The notes under the pieces were generated by a model. That model saw nothing but the letters and a program-made list of their open reading frames with translations, was not told where the DNA came from and did not search any database. Below are positions 27,881 through 41,620 of a stretch of DNA of 64,000 nucleotides, piece by piece; the stretch's first letter is position 1; each line of letters begins with the position of its first letter. The translations under genes were made by a program, and so were the position numbers. This DNA is from Octopus sinensis (Eukaryota). The DNA lies in the NCBI RefSeq assembly GCF_006345805.1, contig NC_042999.1, forward strand, positions 91,884,001 through 91,948,000, in the 5' to 3' direction.

Positions 27881-30248
27881 GCACGCACACACGCACGCAC
27901 ACACAACTGGCTTACGTAGTTTCCCCTCATCGTAACCTCAACCCGAAACAATGATAGAACGCAATTGGCGAAGGTGACGTACACTGAGTGAAACTCAGTA
28001 CTACCTGACCGCATAGTTAATCACCACATCGTACAGTCACACTTGGATCAGAATATTTGTTATCAGAGAACCTAGCTTTGACTCTGTTGTCAGGCTTCTT
28101 TGTTTTACATCATTGTCATAGTTTCAAATTTGGTCGGGAAAGTTATTCTTAACAAACCTACCGTAGCTATCAGTTGTTGGTACTTGTTAAAAATATCAAT
28201 TAAATATCCCTACTATCTGTAAAACACTGAAGCTATTTTTCATAACCGTATTCTAAATACACACTGTATCTAGAAAAATATAAAACGTTACGGGCATAGC
28301 AAGAACTCCTTTGTTCAGAGATTTATTCCATCAGCGCTTATCACACCATCAACACCAACAACAACAACAACAATAACAACAATTAACTAGTATTGAAGTA
28401 AATCCTGAAAGCATTGATAGAATCACACTGGAATTCCGACGAATGAACATCCAGTTGTTCGATGAACTAGAAATATTTCTCATTGAATTAACGTCCAATA
28501 TGGCTGAGTATTCAGCATGCGCGTCTTCCCTTAATGTAATTTTCAGAGACAATCAGTGTGATCTTTGAATTACAGACACCGTTCAACGAACGGGCACCTG
28601 TACAGTTTCCGCCCATCGAAATTCACGTAAAAGCTTGCGTCGACCCAAGGTTATGGTAAGCACACTCGTTCAATATGCCACACGGTGGGATTGAACACGA
28701 GACCTCATGGCTGCAAAGCGAACTTCTTGACTCCTCGGCTATAGATACGTCCATCCCTAATGCATAAAAGTTATTTTGAATTTTAATGTATTTTTCTCAT
28801 TTTAATTCTCAGCACATTCTATTCATTTTCTGTTTCACTATTTAATACTCATTGGATCAGCAACATCACGTCTTTATAAAAACGGTATTAGTTCACTAAT
28901 TAATTATATCAAATAAGCTTCATCGGAGTTTAAATACATACATGGATATGTATCTCGATATAGCATTATAATACGTGATATGTGGATGCTAAAATTCGTA
29001 AGAGTTGTAAGTGTTAGAGAGAAAAGTAATAAAAAATGGTTAATAGATTATGCTACTGATAAGTTAAGTAGTCATCAATATAATTGAGGATTATGCAGCT
29101 TAGCTGATTTATGTTCTATATATGTTCTATATACATACATATAAATAAGTAAACATTGTACATACATACTTATATACATAACTGATTGCATATATCTGCT
29201 GTATATTTTGCTTTACTTCCTAATGAACCACGATATTTTACTAACTTTAGAAAGCGGATGCGGGAACTTCTACTTTGGTTTTCGACTAGCTAGTGATAAC
29301 AATCAAACTTCACTCATATCACACTCTGCTGTCTTGGAAAAGAACATTCCATGCCAATGGAAAAAATGGGATTGTCACAGCGGGAACGCCTTAGACGATA
29401 AGACAAACCCATACAAAGCTAGCGTAGGTTTGAATAGCTGCCAAAACAAATATCATGTATTGTTCTGTGTATTACTTCTCTCTAGCAAATCTCAATCACG
29501 GGGCTTCGGTCAAATTGAGAGTTTAGAAGAAGATATCGTGCAGTGTAATTGAACCCCGAACCACACAATTATATTAGCTATTTTGGGGGTTATGTATTTG
29601 TATTCTTATCTGATCACTTACTGAGAAATAAATTCCAATATTTATGGAGCAAAGGGCAAGGACGTTTAATTTCCATATTGGTTTCTTACGGCATTAGCGA
29701 GGCAAGGGAGATATTTGCATCCCAGTGTGTATCAAACTACTAGACGATATCCAATTTCCTATAACTTACAACCCTGCCCCATTCAGTAATCTTAACTAAC
29801 ATAAAGCATCTTGATTATATTAGTATTTATGTAAATCTAATTTCGTTATTCAACACTCAGCGAGTAAAGCCTCAGGATACAAGCAATAAATTTCGTATTG
29901 CTTTACCAGTTGCCACGGAGTGATATAACAAGTTAATACCATCATATCAGCAAACGTTATATTTATGAAGTTTGAAAATGTGATTATTACTACGGAAATG
30001 ATACTAATCCAAACCAATATATTCATAACTAATTCGTTAGCCATGATAAATTAGTTAAATCCTTTGATTTGACAATAAGCTAAATTTAGCGTGAAATCTA
30101 TGAGGTAGTCAAATTTAAGACGTGGTTGATATAGCAATTTGGATTTGTAAAGAGAACAGCTCCCCGGATACTTCGATATTTATGTCTATACCATTAGCAA
30201 TTTATAAGTCTTTCTTTGTCTCCTTATTTGTCTCTTTCTTTCCTTCCT

Positions 30249-30319
<71 letters not shown>

Positions 30320-30883
30320 TTTTTTTTCTCTCTCTCTATCTGTCTCTCCCTCACTCTCTCCCTCCCCTCTAATCATAAAACTACTCTATCTTTAATGTTG
30401 TAAAATAGTTTTTATAAAATATGTATTTAAAGCTTTACTTGACAGCAAACATACATCAGTGAATCCAGTCGTTACAATACGTATGCTCAGTGTGTTTGTT
30501 ACGAAAGCAATTAATTCAAATTACCCAATTCATGTTCTCAATGAATTAGAGAGGAAACATCTACACGGTCGTTCGTACGACCTGCTACAAATAATAGGCA
30601 ACACTACCTCAAATTATATATACTGTATTAAAAAAACTAAATAATACAGCTCTAGATACCTCGTAAAACACAAAGCAGTCAAGGGTGAAATGTTTTCAAA
30701 AAGGTTGTGAAATTAAGAGTCACCTAACCAATTTTCGGTTATCTGAAAGAATGCAAGCCATACATTCATGTGTGTCTCTTCTGTTTTCAATCATTTAAAT
30801 TCTTCATCTGAAGAAGGAGCTGATACAAAGCTTCATCTCTGGAATATAGATAGCGAAAACAATGTCAGGTTGTACATATGTTT

Positions 30884-31060
30884 GTATGTATGTATGTATG
30901 TATGTATGTATGTATGTATGTATGTATGTATGTATGTATGTATGTATGTATCTATGCATGTATGTATGTATGGTATGTATGTATGTATGTATGTATGTAT
31001 GTATGTATGTATGTTTGTTTGTACGTATGCATGTATGTATATATGTATGTATGTATGTAT
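30884..31060. repeat. (TATG)n microsatellite
   Basis: Tetranucleotide run; similar runs at 57115-57265 and 60165-60268. Confidence 0.95.
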
Positions 31061-32524
31061 CTACCTTAACCACGCGTGTATGACCTGTTAGCTCGTGTCA
31101 TACTTTTGATAATAATTTTAGGTTCCTGTATTGAAGCGAGAAGACAGACACTCTCGAAGTAGGCCGTGGTTAGGGTCTTGTGTTGGGTTCACAATCATAA
31201 GGTCAATAGTTGAATCCTTGGACTTGGTGGTGGGCTGTCTCCGCAAGCAAGATAAATCGTTTCACATTGCTCCAGTTTACTCGATTGGAAATAAGTACAG
31301 ACCGACTTGTAGTATAGCCCTCTCGAGCTCCAGCTGTCACACACTCGATGGAAAGGCTAAATGTGTGTGTGTATATTTGTGTATGTGCTGTGTGCGTGTG
31401 TATACGTGTGTTCAGTTATGCATATACATATATTTTTCTATTTTTCTTTTCATCTGTCTCTTTTTCTGACACTTTGAATTAATGATCCAATTGCACCATT
31501 CTATTAAATTACATTGAAACTGATATACTTTTCATGCAGATAAACACAGCTTTATCAAATTACTTGAGTATTTCTCTGTTTGTGATGATCAGCACATCAG
31601 TTTTCATTATATCTTATGCTGGATCGAGCAAAAGAACAGTTGAACTACCTTTTTAGTTGTTGGTGCTGATATTTAGGCTTCATTGAGCAAGAGTGTTCTA
31701 ATCACGACCATTCCATTCCTCTTGGTTTTCGTATATTTAGATTCTATGTTCTAAGATAATGTTATGCAATATGTCCTTTTTATGTTTTTAAGACATCAAG
31801 TTGAAGTTTGAGGGATATTCGCTTACTATGCGCACGTTGAAATTATCTCTTTGTCTCATCGAAGAATTAGTTCTCGTGTTATTGGTACCAATCTCGAATG
31901 ACTCAACGCGTGATAATCATTTCATTTTGCAATGCCCTCTATTTATTATACGGCAAACGAATGTGACTTGAAAAAGATCTAGAAGAATGCTTTCATAGAT
32001 GGAAGACCAACAGAAAGATTGCTTTTATTTTACCAATGAACCAATGATTTACAGACATGAACATCTTTTCTTCTTCGTACTGAATATCTTTTTTTCCTCT
32101 ATAAGACAACAGGACAAGATTTAAGGGAAATTTGTCTGTTATTTCTAGCAATCGAATGACAAAGTACATCCTAGCTCGTTGTTTCATGACTTAAATGCTG
32201 CTAGTCTTCACAGTGTGACTGCACATGTGCTGATATCAACATTCACTCTCCATAAGCAGTGAATCACCACCAAATGATTAACTTACCCGTAAGTTAACTT
32301 ATCTATAAGTACCACGAAGGAGCATAAATAAATATGGAGACGTCACCTAATTAACTCCAATCCATTGCGAACTTCCAAAAGGTGATGGGTAGCTCTAGTT
32401 TAATCAACTTCATCTTAGAAAGATATTTTTTGTGCACAGAACACTTGTCTATGGTGGTTAACTTCTCTACGACAATTCTTTTTTTACTCATAACCGACAA
32501 AATGAGGCAATGGAGACTACAGTG

Positions 32525-32830
32525 CTCTTTCGATCCTTACGTTTCCGATAGTGCATGGGCGACAAGAGTGCACCAAGTACTGTCGAAGGCTCTATTAAGT
32601 GTTTTCTTCCAAACCCAAACCGTATGCGCCAAGTTCTTTCCCATAGTCCTCAATCTACTCATGACAATTTGCCCCACCCCCTCAAGTCCTCCCCTGGTTT
32701 CCATTCTAGCGTGGATCTCACTGGACTCTTCATTAGCATGTGTTGCACATGGCCTATCATATTTCACTCACGATCATGGGATCCCGTTGGTTACTCGTTC
32801 CAGTTCTTTCCAATACTTCTTGGAAGTAAC
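32525..32830 (-). mobile_element. Degenerate RTE-clade LINE 3' fragment
   Basis: EVLERTG.., IGHVQHMLMKSPVRSTLEWKPGED.RGWGKLS matches the RTE C-terminal IGHVLRM..ALEWKP..RGRPK..W pattern. Confidence 0.65.
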
Positions 32831-34587
32831 ATATTTAAGAAATGTTTTTAGCTGCGAATAGATACTATTCTTCATGCTTCTTCCTTCTATTCGAGAAGTA
32901 AATATTTTTCACTATTCTTTACTCCTGTTTTTACAATTTCCCATTTATCTTCTGTTTTCGATTTATGAACCTTTCACAACAATTATTCACATTGCTTAAA
33001 AAAATATAATGTGTGTAATTGTATCATGATCATTACTCATTTTATTTCAAACTCAATGAAATATCGGAAATTTTTCATTATAACAAACCATAAGTGTCAC
33101 AGAAATTTTAAGAACATCTTGAACTGTTCTTCCAATTACTTATGCAGAAGTTGAATATATAACATATTACAGCGTATTATCAATAACGGATCACGTCATT
33201 TCGGATATAATTATATCCTACGATACATCCTGAGCACTGTAATTTTTATCATCTAAACACGTGTAACACACATATTAACATATATGTGTTTGCAAGTTGT
33301 GTATGTATGCCTGTATGTGTGTCCGTGTGCGTTTGTGTGTGCATGCGTGTGTAAATGCGCATAAATATTATGAAGTGTAATCTTAACTCCGCTGGTGCTT
33401 AGATTTCTGCTTAAATAATACATAGATTCTTTAAACATGCTTTATACTACGGAAGAAAACATCTATCATTATTCATTCCCTTGTCGGTTACTTTTTTTAT
33501 CATCATTTATACACAAACTCTAATCACTTATCTTACAAACATCAATTAATAATAAAATGAAAATATTTGGATGCAAACATAAAGATGGACTTATTAGGGA
33601 ATGAAAGAAAAAGAAAACGCATTGAACCTCTAAAATTAGACGTCCTATATATTAATAAAAACAAACCGAAAGATCTTTTAGGAGATATAGTTTGTTCTAT
33701 TGAAACTGATACAACTAAGAAGAATGGATCTTCTGTGAGCTATTTAAATGATGCTATATGACCTGATCCCACATTTGTTTGTATCAATTAAGCATTTCGA
33801 ATGATAAGGTTTCCTGATATATCTGTTCAGTTCAAACACCAGCAGAATATCAACATTAATATTTATTTAAAAATAAAAATATATAGATATAAGAAATGCG
33901 GATATAATCTCATATGATTTTTGTTCGTATTAATTCATTTACAAAGACATTATCATCTCTGAAAAACATTTTCTGTTGTAAAGAATCTAAAGTTTTTTCT
34001 AATTCACTGACGCTAACTTTCTTCCTACTATTGTCTCAGTCACTCTTTTCCCATTTCCCCTTCTTTTCTCCCTCCTTCCATCTCTCTTTCTCTCTCCTTA
34101 CAATATCTTTTATCCATTGATTGATTATATCTCGGTTCTTATTCACGCCGAACAGTTTTTTCGCATTCTAATGTAACAGATTTGCCTGTATTTTACTAGA
34201 TTTTTGTTGGTGGTTCTTGGTGTATTTTTTTCTGAGTTTTAGGAGAAATCTTTACGTGTATCTCCTATTTCTTCTGTCATTGATGTGAATGAAAACTAAA
34301 GACACTTAAAAATACAATCAACTCCTATCCTACGCCAAACTGAATCTCTTTAACCAACGAAAATGAAGTGCGAAGGAAATTCTTTAAAAAGAAACACTAG
34401 CTCACGATGAATTGATTGTTTTGTAGTTAACCAATCAATAAATATTGCTTGTTAATAAAATATCTCAGACAAATTTGTATGCATTTCCGTGCTTGCGTGT
34501 TTGTGGAAGTTGTTTTATGAGCGTGTTCATATATGCATTTATCACTGTTTCTTCTATGTTTCTGAATCGACAGACGTGTGTATATAT

Positions 34588-34620
<33 letters not shown>

Positions 34621-35012
34621 TGTGTGTGTGTGCATACGCGTCTCGCTGCATTGTGACAAGGGATAATACACCTTTAGTGTTTCATTATTTTGTTGAAAAC
34701 AACAACAACAATAACAAAAATATGAAGAATAACAATGGTTAACCAGAAGAAGAAAAAATAGACACGTTTAGATTGAAGTTATAATGACGTATGGCCTCCA
34801 TCTCCTTGCTACTGCTACCACCATACAATTCTTTCATAATTTTTTTGACAAATACCGAAATAAGACAAATTTATTTTGGTATTTGTTACTGAGGTGATAA
34901 AGTAATAACCTATTTGTTTGTTTGTAACCAAAACACTGTTTCATCATTATTATTCGTACTTATTATTCTTGTGAACTGTTAACACTACTACAACCACTGC
35001 TACTGCTGATAT

Positions 35013-35066
<54 letters not shown>

Positions 35067-35088
35067 AACTAATACTAGTACTACTACT

Positions 35089-35122
<34 letters not shown>

Positions 35123-35147
35123 ATAATAATAATAATAATAAATAGTC

Positions 35148-35494
35148 AGAGTCGGCCAGTATTTACACTGGACAATATGTCGGCATTATAAAATCAAAAC
35201 CGCTGACAAATGGTATAAACACCATCCTGAAGCTGTGACTGAGGGAGAAAATGTGTCTATTCTGTGGGACTTCCCCGTACATACCGACAAAACTATAAAA
35301 GCTAATAAACCGGATATTATTATAAAAGATCAGACAAAAAAGGTGTGTTTATTAATTGACAGGAATATTCCTTGCGATCACAATATAGCGGCGAAAGAAT
35401 TTGACAAGATCAGTAAATATAAAGACTTGCTAATAGAAATTGAAAAATGTGGTATCTCAAGGCGACTACAGTAACACTGATTGTAGGATCTCTA
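35148..35494 (+). mobile_element. R4/Dong-clade LINE fragment (restriction-like endonuclease domain)
   Basis: RVGQYLHWTICRHY..KWYKHHPEAVTEGENVSILWDFPVHTDKTIKANKPDIIIKD..CLLID..KISKYKDL (PD..D..K RLE motif), starting directly after an (AAT)n run. Confidence 0.9.
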
Positions 35495-36425
35495 ATTCAG
35501 CTGGTAGCCGGATCTGTCCTACACGCGACAGCGGGTGTTCGAGATAAACCCACAGGTAAGCAATATTCGGGCACGTGAAGAACGGTTTCATCGTTCTGAG
35601 CACACCTCGAGCAGGCCCGGCGGACGTAACTTTATCTCGAACAGGCAGCGCCCCTCGGTAGCACTGCCAGGCAAGGGATTTCTGCAAGTTATCCATAGGC
35701 CCAGGCCCGAAAGTTCTCCAAAACAGACCGGTTAGTTGATCTTCACCGATGCCCAGAGTTTCCCCGAGAACGTCGTCGCACTTTCCCTCCACTAACCCTC
35801 TATAGAATGCTACAGTGGAACTACCACCGAATGCATTGCCCGCCTGGCGGAGGCCTGTGAGCGCTTGATGGCACTCGAGGTGCCAAACTTCCTTTCTCGG
35901 TCTACGCCAAATCCAGGATTGCAGCTCAGTGAAAGAGACGAACTGTGGAAAAGTGTGCCTGACAAACGGTGACTACACCTGCTCACCGTCAAGGAAACGC
36001 TGGAGATGTCGCAACCTCAGCGCATGTCTGTCACAACCGAGCAGATGTCGCTGTACAAAGCAGCAATCCAATCGTGGAAAACTGAACCGAAACCAACTGG
36101 CTTTAGATTGATCTAAATTGATCAGAACCCCACCCATGCCAGCTTCGTTATCCACCCTCTCTATGATGTAGTGCATAAGATGGAGATTGCCGCGAATATT
36201 TCTGGTTGGGATGGCGCATGTTTGCGCCAACCTTTTGGATAACACCTTGGCCAAAATCTTCAACTCTGCATTGAGCAGAGTGATGGACTTGAAATTTTTT
36301 ATAACGTCTCCCTTGTTTGGGTCCTTTCTCAGAAGTGCCACCGCCCCTCGACAGACAAAAGTCAGAATTCACCCATTCTGCTGCCAATTGTAGTAGACGT
36401 CTGCTAAGAGGCCCGAAAACATGAC
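35494..36425 (-). mobile_element. Tx1/L1-clade LINE ORF2 fragment with several internal deletions
   Basis: VALLRKDPNKG..ITLLNAELKILAKVL, QTCAIPTR, LINLDQSKA, RHALRLRHL, SLAWQCYRGALPVRDK. The QG..SP and YADD regions are absent. Confidence 0.9.
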
Positions 36426-36630
36426 TTAAACCCGCAGGGGAAAAGGAAGCGGGGAAGCCCGAAGAAGACATGGAATCAGAGCATTTTGGACGAGCTCAGG
36501 ACTACCGGCCTGTCATGGGAAGCAACTAAGAAACACGCCAATGACCGCAAAAAGTGGAAAACAACTGTTGAGGCATTATGCTCCACAGGAGAAAAAATTG
36601 ATTATGAAGAAGATGAAGAAGAATGAAGAA
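36425..36630 (+). mobile_element. RTE-clade LINE 3' end with (GAA)n tail
   Basis: NPQGKRKRGSPKKTWNQSILDELRTTGLSWEATKKHANDRKKWKTTVEALCSTG, followed by GAAGAAGATGAAGAAGAA. Confidence 0.85.
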
Positions 36631-36665
36631 GAATGTATATATGTATGTATGTATGTATGTCTATT

Positions 36666-36744
<79 letters not shown>

Positions 36745-37200
36745 AGTGCGTGTGTGTCTGTGTGTGTATGGATATAAATATGATCAAGGACATAATAACA
36801 ATTATTTATCCTTTTGAAGATGGTGCAAAACATTTTCAGAACATATAGATATGATTTATATGGTTTATAAATATTTCTTTGTCAAATTAGCAGAAACATA
36901 TCCATTATGAATATGCTCTATTTTCGGAACAGTTTTGGAATAAACATTAGAAATAATTGAATATATTAACACAATATTAATGTTTTATTATCATCATTAT
37001 TATCATCATACGACCCATGACCACTCTAAGTGCTTACAATATTATACATGTGTGTGTGGGCGGGGCGCACGTGTATTGATATGCATAAATTGGTAATTAT
37101 ATATACATATATATGTATGTGTGTGTATGTATGTATATATGTATATACATACATATATATTTTTGTTATATATCTTGGGTATCTGGTATATTATATATGG

Positions 37201-37237
<37 letters not shown>

Positions 37238-37636
37238 CATTTACATTTATATTTGTGTGTGTGTGTGTGTGTGTTTGCATATAGATACATACATACGTAT
37301 CCATAAACTGACATACATACGTATAGAGGTACATTTATGTATATTTATATATACAAACGCCTATATGTTAATTTTGTGTGCTTATAATAACGAACATTAA
37401 CTTAATACATGTCTATCCCCTAGTATGTATGATAATTTTAATTAAGCTGTGTTGCGAGTGCCGCTACACGTTGCTTATTTCATCTGTGATATGAAGGCAA
37501 GCAACATATCTGCTTTGCTCCATGGCTAGTTCTGAAACAAAATATATACTGCACAAGTAAGTTGACTATATTCAGTCATGGCTCAGAAAAGTGACTTTAT
37601 GGATATACCGACATTTATATATATATATATATATAT

Positions 37637-37696
<60 letters not shown>

Positions 37697-37899
37697 ATAT
37701 ATGTATTTTATATATGTATGTGTGTATATAATAGGATAAACTGCTTTGTTGTGGATGATCTGACATTTAAGATTCGCCGTGAAGGTTTTATCCAGTAAGT
37801 GGTAATATTGAAAAGTGTCAAAATCATTGCAATCTCCTTTCGGCTTCTCAGAGAAGTTCTCCGCAACTCAAACTATATTTGTAATAGATGTATATGTAT

Positions 37900-38130
37900 A
37901 CATACATACATACATAGTTTATGAAAAAAAAACGGAAAAAAGACACCAAGAAAAAACAACATCGTGAGGACATACACATGTAAAGTATTAATAAGACGCT
38001 CAAAGAAAGAAAAGGGTGGTTGTTTTACGTTTCAAGCTTAGCTCTCCTTCGGAAACAGGGAACATGGGAAAGTCCAAAGGAAAAGGAAGAAGTGTGGGCG
38101 GGGAAATAGCCGACAGTCCAACACATGCAC
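37900..38130 (-). mobile_element. Probable Penelope-like terminal repeat fragment
   Basis: Minus strand CCGAAGGAGAGCTAAGCTTGAAACGTAAAA..TTGAGCGTCTTATTAATAC, homologous to 14779-14991. Confidence 0.5.
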
Positions 38131-38168
38131 ACACGTTTGTATGTATGCATGCATATATGTATGTATGT

Positions 38169-38423
38169 GAAGGCGCATGACCCAGTGGTTAGAGCGTCGG
38201 GCTCACAATCATGAAATAGTAAGTTCAATTTCACCGGGCTGTGTATTGTGTTGTGTACTTGAGCAAGACACCTTATTTCACGTTACCCCAGTTCACTCAG
38301 CTGTAGAAATGTGCTGTGACATCACTATTGCCATGTTGTATCGGCCTCTGCCTTACTCTGGGATAACATCAGTGGCATGGAGAGGGGAGACTCGTATGCA
38401 TGGGCGACTGCTGGTCTTCCATA
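38169..38423 (+). mobile_element. tRNA-headed SINE (D-type head and core, different tail)
   Basis: GGCGCATGACCCAGTGGTTAGAGCG (A box), AGTTCAATTTC (B box), CTTGAGCAAGACACC core. Confidence 0.8.
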
Positions 38424-39580
38424 CTATTTAATCACAACTTAACAACTGAATTGAACATTTTACAACTCTCTTATTATTTTCCCCTTTAACATTACGATTT
38501 ACGTATTATAACTATATCATTTTCCGTTTCCTTTTTACTGGTGCGTTTAGAAAAAATTAAGATATTTCCCTTAGGAAGTTACTTTGTAATTAATATTTTT
38601 TTCTGATACGAACAAAATGTAACCTCTAAAAAAGAAAATATTAAAGTAATTCCATTTTCTAACTGAAATCAAATCAATCATTTCACCTACATCGCACAAA
38701 TCATTCGTAAATACATGTCCGCAAAACCTCTAATATCTACTCCTCTAAAATAAATAACATTCATGCATAATCGGTTAAAAAGTCGATTGATATGCTTGAT
38801 TTCCGCTGAGTTTTCCATTATCCCGCAAAACAATTTGACTGATTTAAACCTAGCACATGATTATTTTTCTCTATTATCTTACAACTATAAGATCATCATT
38901 CCATTCGATAGTCGTTTTCCAGTATTTCTAACTTTTAAAGATAGTATAGGTTTCTGGTAAAGTACAGTGAGATATTTTTTGTTAAATAGTTTCTTAATTT
39001 TAATAGATCATTGAACAATCACCCACCCTGTACAATAAATAAACTTAGTTGTTTGATATTTCAGAATCCTGAGTATACACATGTGAATGATCGAATACCT
39101 TAACTCAAATCCAAGTTTTACCTTGGACTTAAAAGTCTTCATGTCTTTCCAGGTTAAAAAATCACGTTAAAATAGTACATTCACTTCATTGGAAATATTT
39201 ATCCAAAGAAAAATAATCGTTCTCTCAAAAATAAAAGAATATCTGTGATTAGATTGCAGAGTAGAAAGCGCGGAAAATTAACTAAGGGCATTTGGTTTGT
39301 TTTTATACTTCCTATATACAAATCTTGCAAATGATAAACCTTTTCTATCTATATTCATGAGGTCAGTAAAATATATGAACGGGTGGCAATTTTAAGGTGA
39401 ATTCTATCGATAGCATTATAAACGTTGAACGTGGAACTAGTCGGCAAAATTATCCTGAGCATTGTAACTATGAAAGACAAAAATGAATAATTAAAACAAA
39501 CTTTCGATGATAATCATCATATATAACAAAAGTAATCTAGGAAACAACGAAGAATATAGATAATTATATTTTACAACTAA

Positions 39581-39813
39581 AAGGAGACGAGCTGGCAGAA
39601 ACGTTAGCACGCTGGGCGAAATGCGTAGCCGTATTTCGTCTGTCGTTACGTTCCGAGTTCAAATTCCGCCGAGGTCGACTTTGCCTTTCATCCTTTCGGG
39701 GTCGATAAATTAAGTACCAGTTGCGTACTGGGGTCGATGTAATTGACTTAATCCCTTTGTCTGTCCTTGTTTGTCCCCTCCGTGTTTAGACCCTTGTGGG
39801 TAGTTAAGAAATC
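39581..39813 (+). mobile_element. Monomeric SINE-A with tail II and target-site duplication
   Basis: Flanks TATATTTTACAACTAA (39565-39580) and TATATTTTACAATTAA (39814-39829); the element ends ..GTAGTTAAGAAATC. Confidence 0.92.
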
Positions 39814-40225
39814 TATATTTTACAATTAATCTTTCATGTAATGTGAATGATCTTTACTATAGAAAATGAAAACCGCTTCCTTCAATACCAGATTGTTCTT
39901 AGAAGAAAATATTTTATTTAATTGTATTATTCATCGAATGAAGCTATCAAAACATTCCAAGAAGTGAATTAAATTAGGTTCGATTCTTTCGAGTAGAAAA
40001 ACTGTAGAGTAGATTCAATCCATGTCTAACTACGTATAGCGTTTGAAAAGAATTAATAGATAATATAAATATAAGTTCCAGATTAACAGTTAACGAGTTC
40101 AGCATTCGTATATAATCTTTGGTTTAGAGATTAGGTTCAAATTATACTGTCAGAAATTGTGACAAGGAAATTAATAGGTAAGACAAATTGAGTTAATCTC
40201 TTGTAAATTACTGCTTGTTATATTC

Positions 40226-40287
<62 letters not shown>

Positions 40288-40289
40288 TG

Positions 40290-41620
40290 TTTTATTTCTG
40301 TTTTTTCGTTTTTTTTGGGTGGTGGGATGATTTGCCGAGTGGCTTGCCGACACATAAGGCATAGAATCTCACGGTAGACATAGATGGGCCAATTAAATAA
40401 ACACTGCAGAATGTTCATTTACAAAATCCAACAAAGTTATACAGATAAAATAATTCTTTACTTGGGAGGTTATTGTTATCACATTACCAGCGCTCTTCTC
40501 ATTACATGTGACATAGTAGGTAAAGCAATCTTTTGCACTTCTTCCAGGGATGGTAAGCCGCACATTCGGCTAAGATCCAATACATTCTTTTACCTGCTCA
40601 GTCATGCATGCACTGACACCTTTTTTGTATTACGTTATTGTACTCACACAAGAGATAACTAATACTTCTAACTCCTTTCCGGTAGATTCTCATTGCCTTT
40701 ATCACATTCGCTCTAATAGCTTGTACTTGAGCGGCTGTTATTAGCACTTTGGTCTCTTGTTTTAGGCTTCCGTCAGTCAATAAGAGCCTGAATTCATTAT
40801 CTCCAGCATTCTTGGTTTGTTGTATGAATTGACCATATTATTTCATTTCTTTGCATCCACCTACTCTCTTGTTCTTCCTTCTTTTCCTGAATTCTTCTAC
40901 TGTTTCAGCAGCATTTTGGCCATTTTTAGGTTCCAATAGTATCCTTCCTTTACTCTGCACAACATAATCTCCAACCACAAATCCGCGCTACCAACAGTGT
41001 CTTCTGCGTTTAGTAATCCTCTGTTACATTCCTTTCTTGGAGATAGAGTCTGTCGATACTACTTTTAGGGTGGCGCGCGTTGTCCAATCTGAGCAGCTTT
41101 CTAGTTCTTCTATCCAAGTGCTGTCGTTCGTCCTTTGTCCACTTCAGAAAGGGTGTAGAGCATCTTCATACTTTCATAGCCCATATCTTTATGACTTTAA
41201 TGATATTCCCTCCGTTTAATTTTGTTTCAAGCACTTTTCTTATACTCCTTTTCTACTGTTTAGTGATTTTCTCTCTCATTTTTCCTTCCATTACCCCACC
41301 GTCTTGCAGCATCCATAGATATTTGTATCGCTTATTATTCCACAGTGATCACATGATGTTTTCTTGTGGTAATTTTATGTCATCAGAGTTTATCTTCATA
41401 AGTTACACAGCACGCTTATTTACCCTAAACTGCACTCCAGTATTCTTACTGAAGTCTCTTTGCTATTTGAATCAGAGAATGTAGATCTTACATTCTGTAT
41501 ATAGTTTGAGGTATTTCGCCCATCTTTGCGAGGTCCTTTTGTTCTGTTGGTGAAGAAAACACGTTGCCCAATCGACGCATCCCTCTCATATTCAAGATCT
41601 ATCATATTAACTCCTTACCA
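40290..41620 (-). mobile_element. Degenerate R4/Dong-clade LINE 3' part with (AAT)n tail
   Basis: GSLKQETKVLITAAQVQAIRANVIKA, MHD*AGKRMYW, and terminal EVQKIALPTMSHVMRRALVM*. The 3' UTR runs into the AAT repeat at 40228-40287. The RLE core is deleted. Confidence 0.8.

Noticed and set aside
28375-28566. Protein-like open frames on both strands (..RITLEFRRMNIQLFDELEIFL..)
   Set aside because: The minus strand aligns to the SINE-D tail (CTGAAAATTACATTAAGGG..ACTCAGCCA..CAACTGG).
29850-30044. Hydrophobic 64-aa ORF superficially like GPCR TM1-TM2 (ILVWISII..FADMM)
   Set aside because: AT-rich codons give I/F/N/L by chance; spacing does not fit TM1-TM2 and there is no continuation.
33567-33761. 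64-aa lysine-rich ORF
   Set aside because: A-rich composition, no motif, no supporting context.
35148-35494. Idea that this RLE fragment is the piece deleted from the Dong copy at 40290-41620
   Set aside because: The two overlap around the HD..G..(L/M)(H/Y)W motif and differ there, so they are separate copies.
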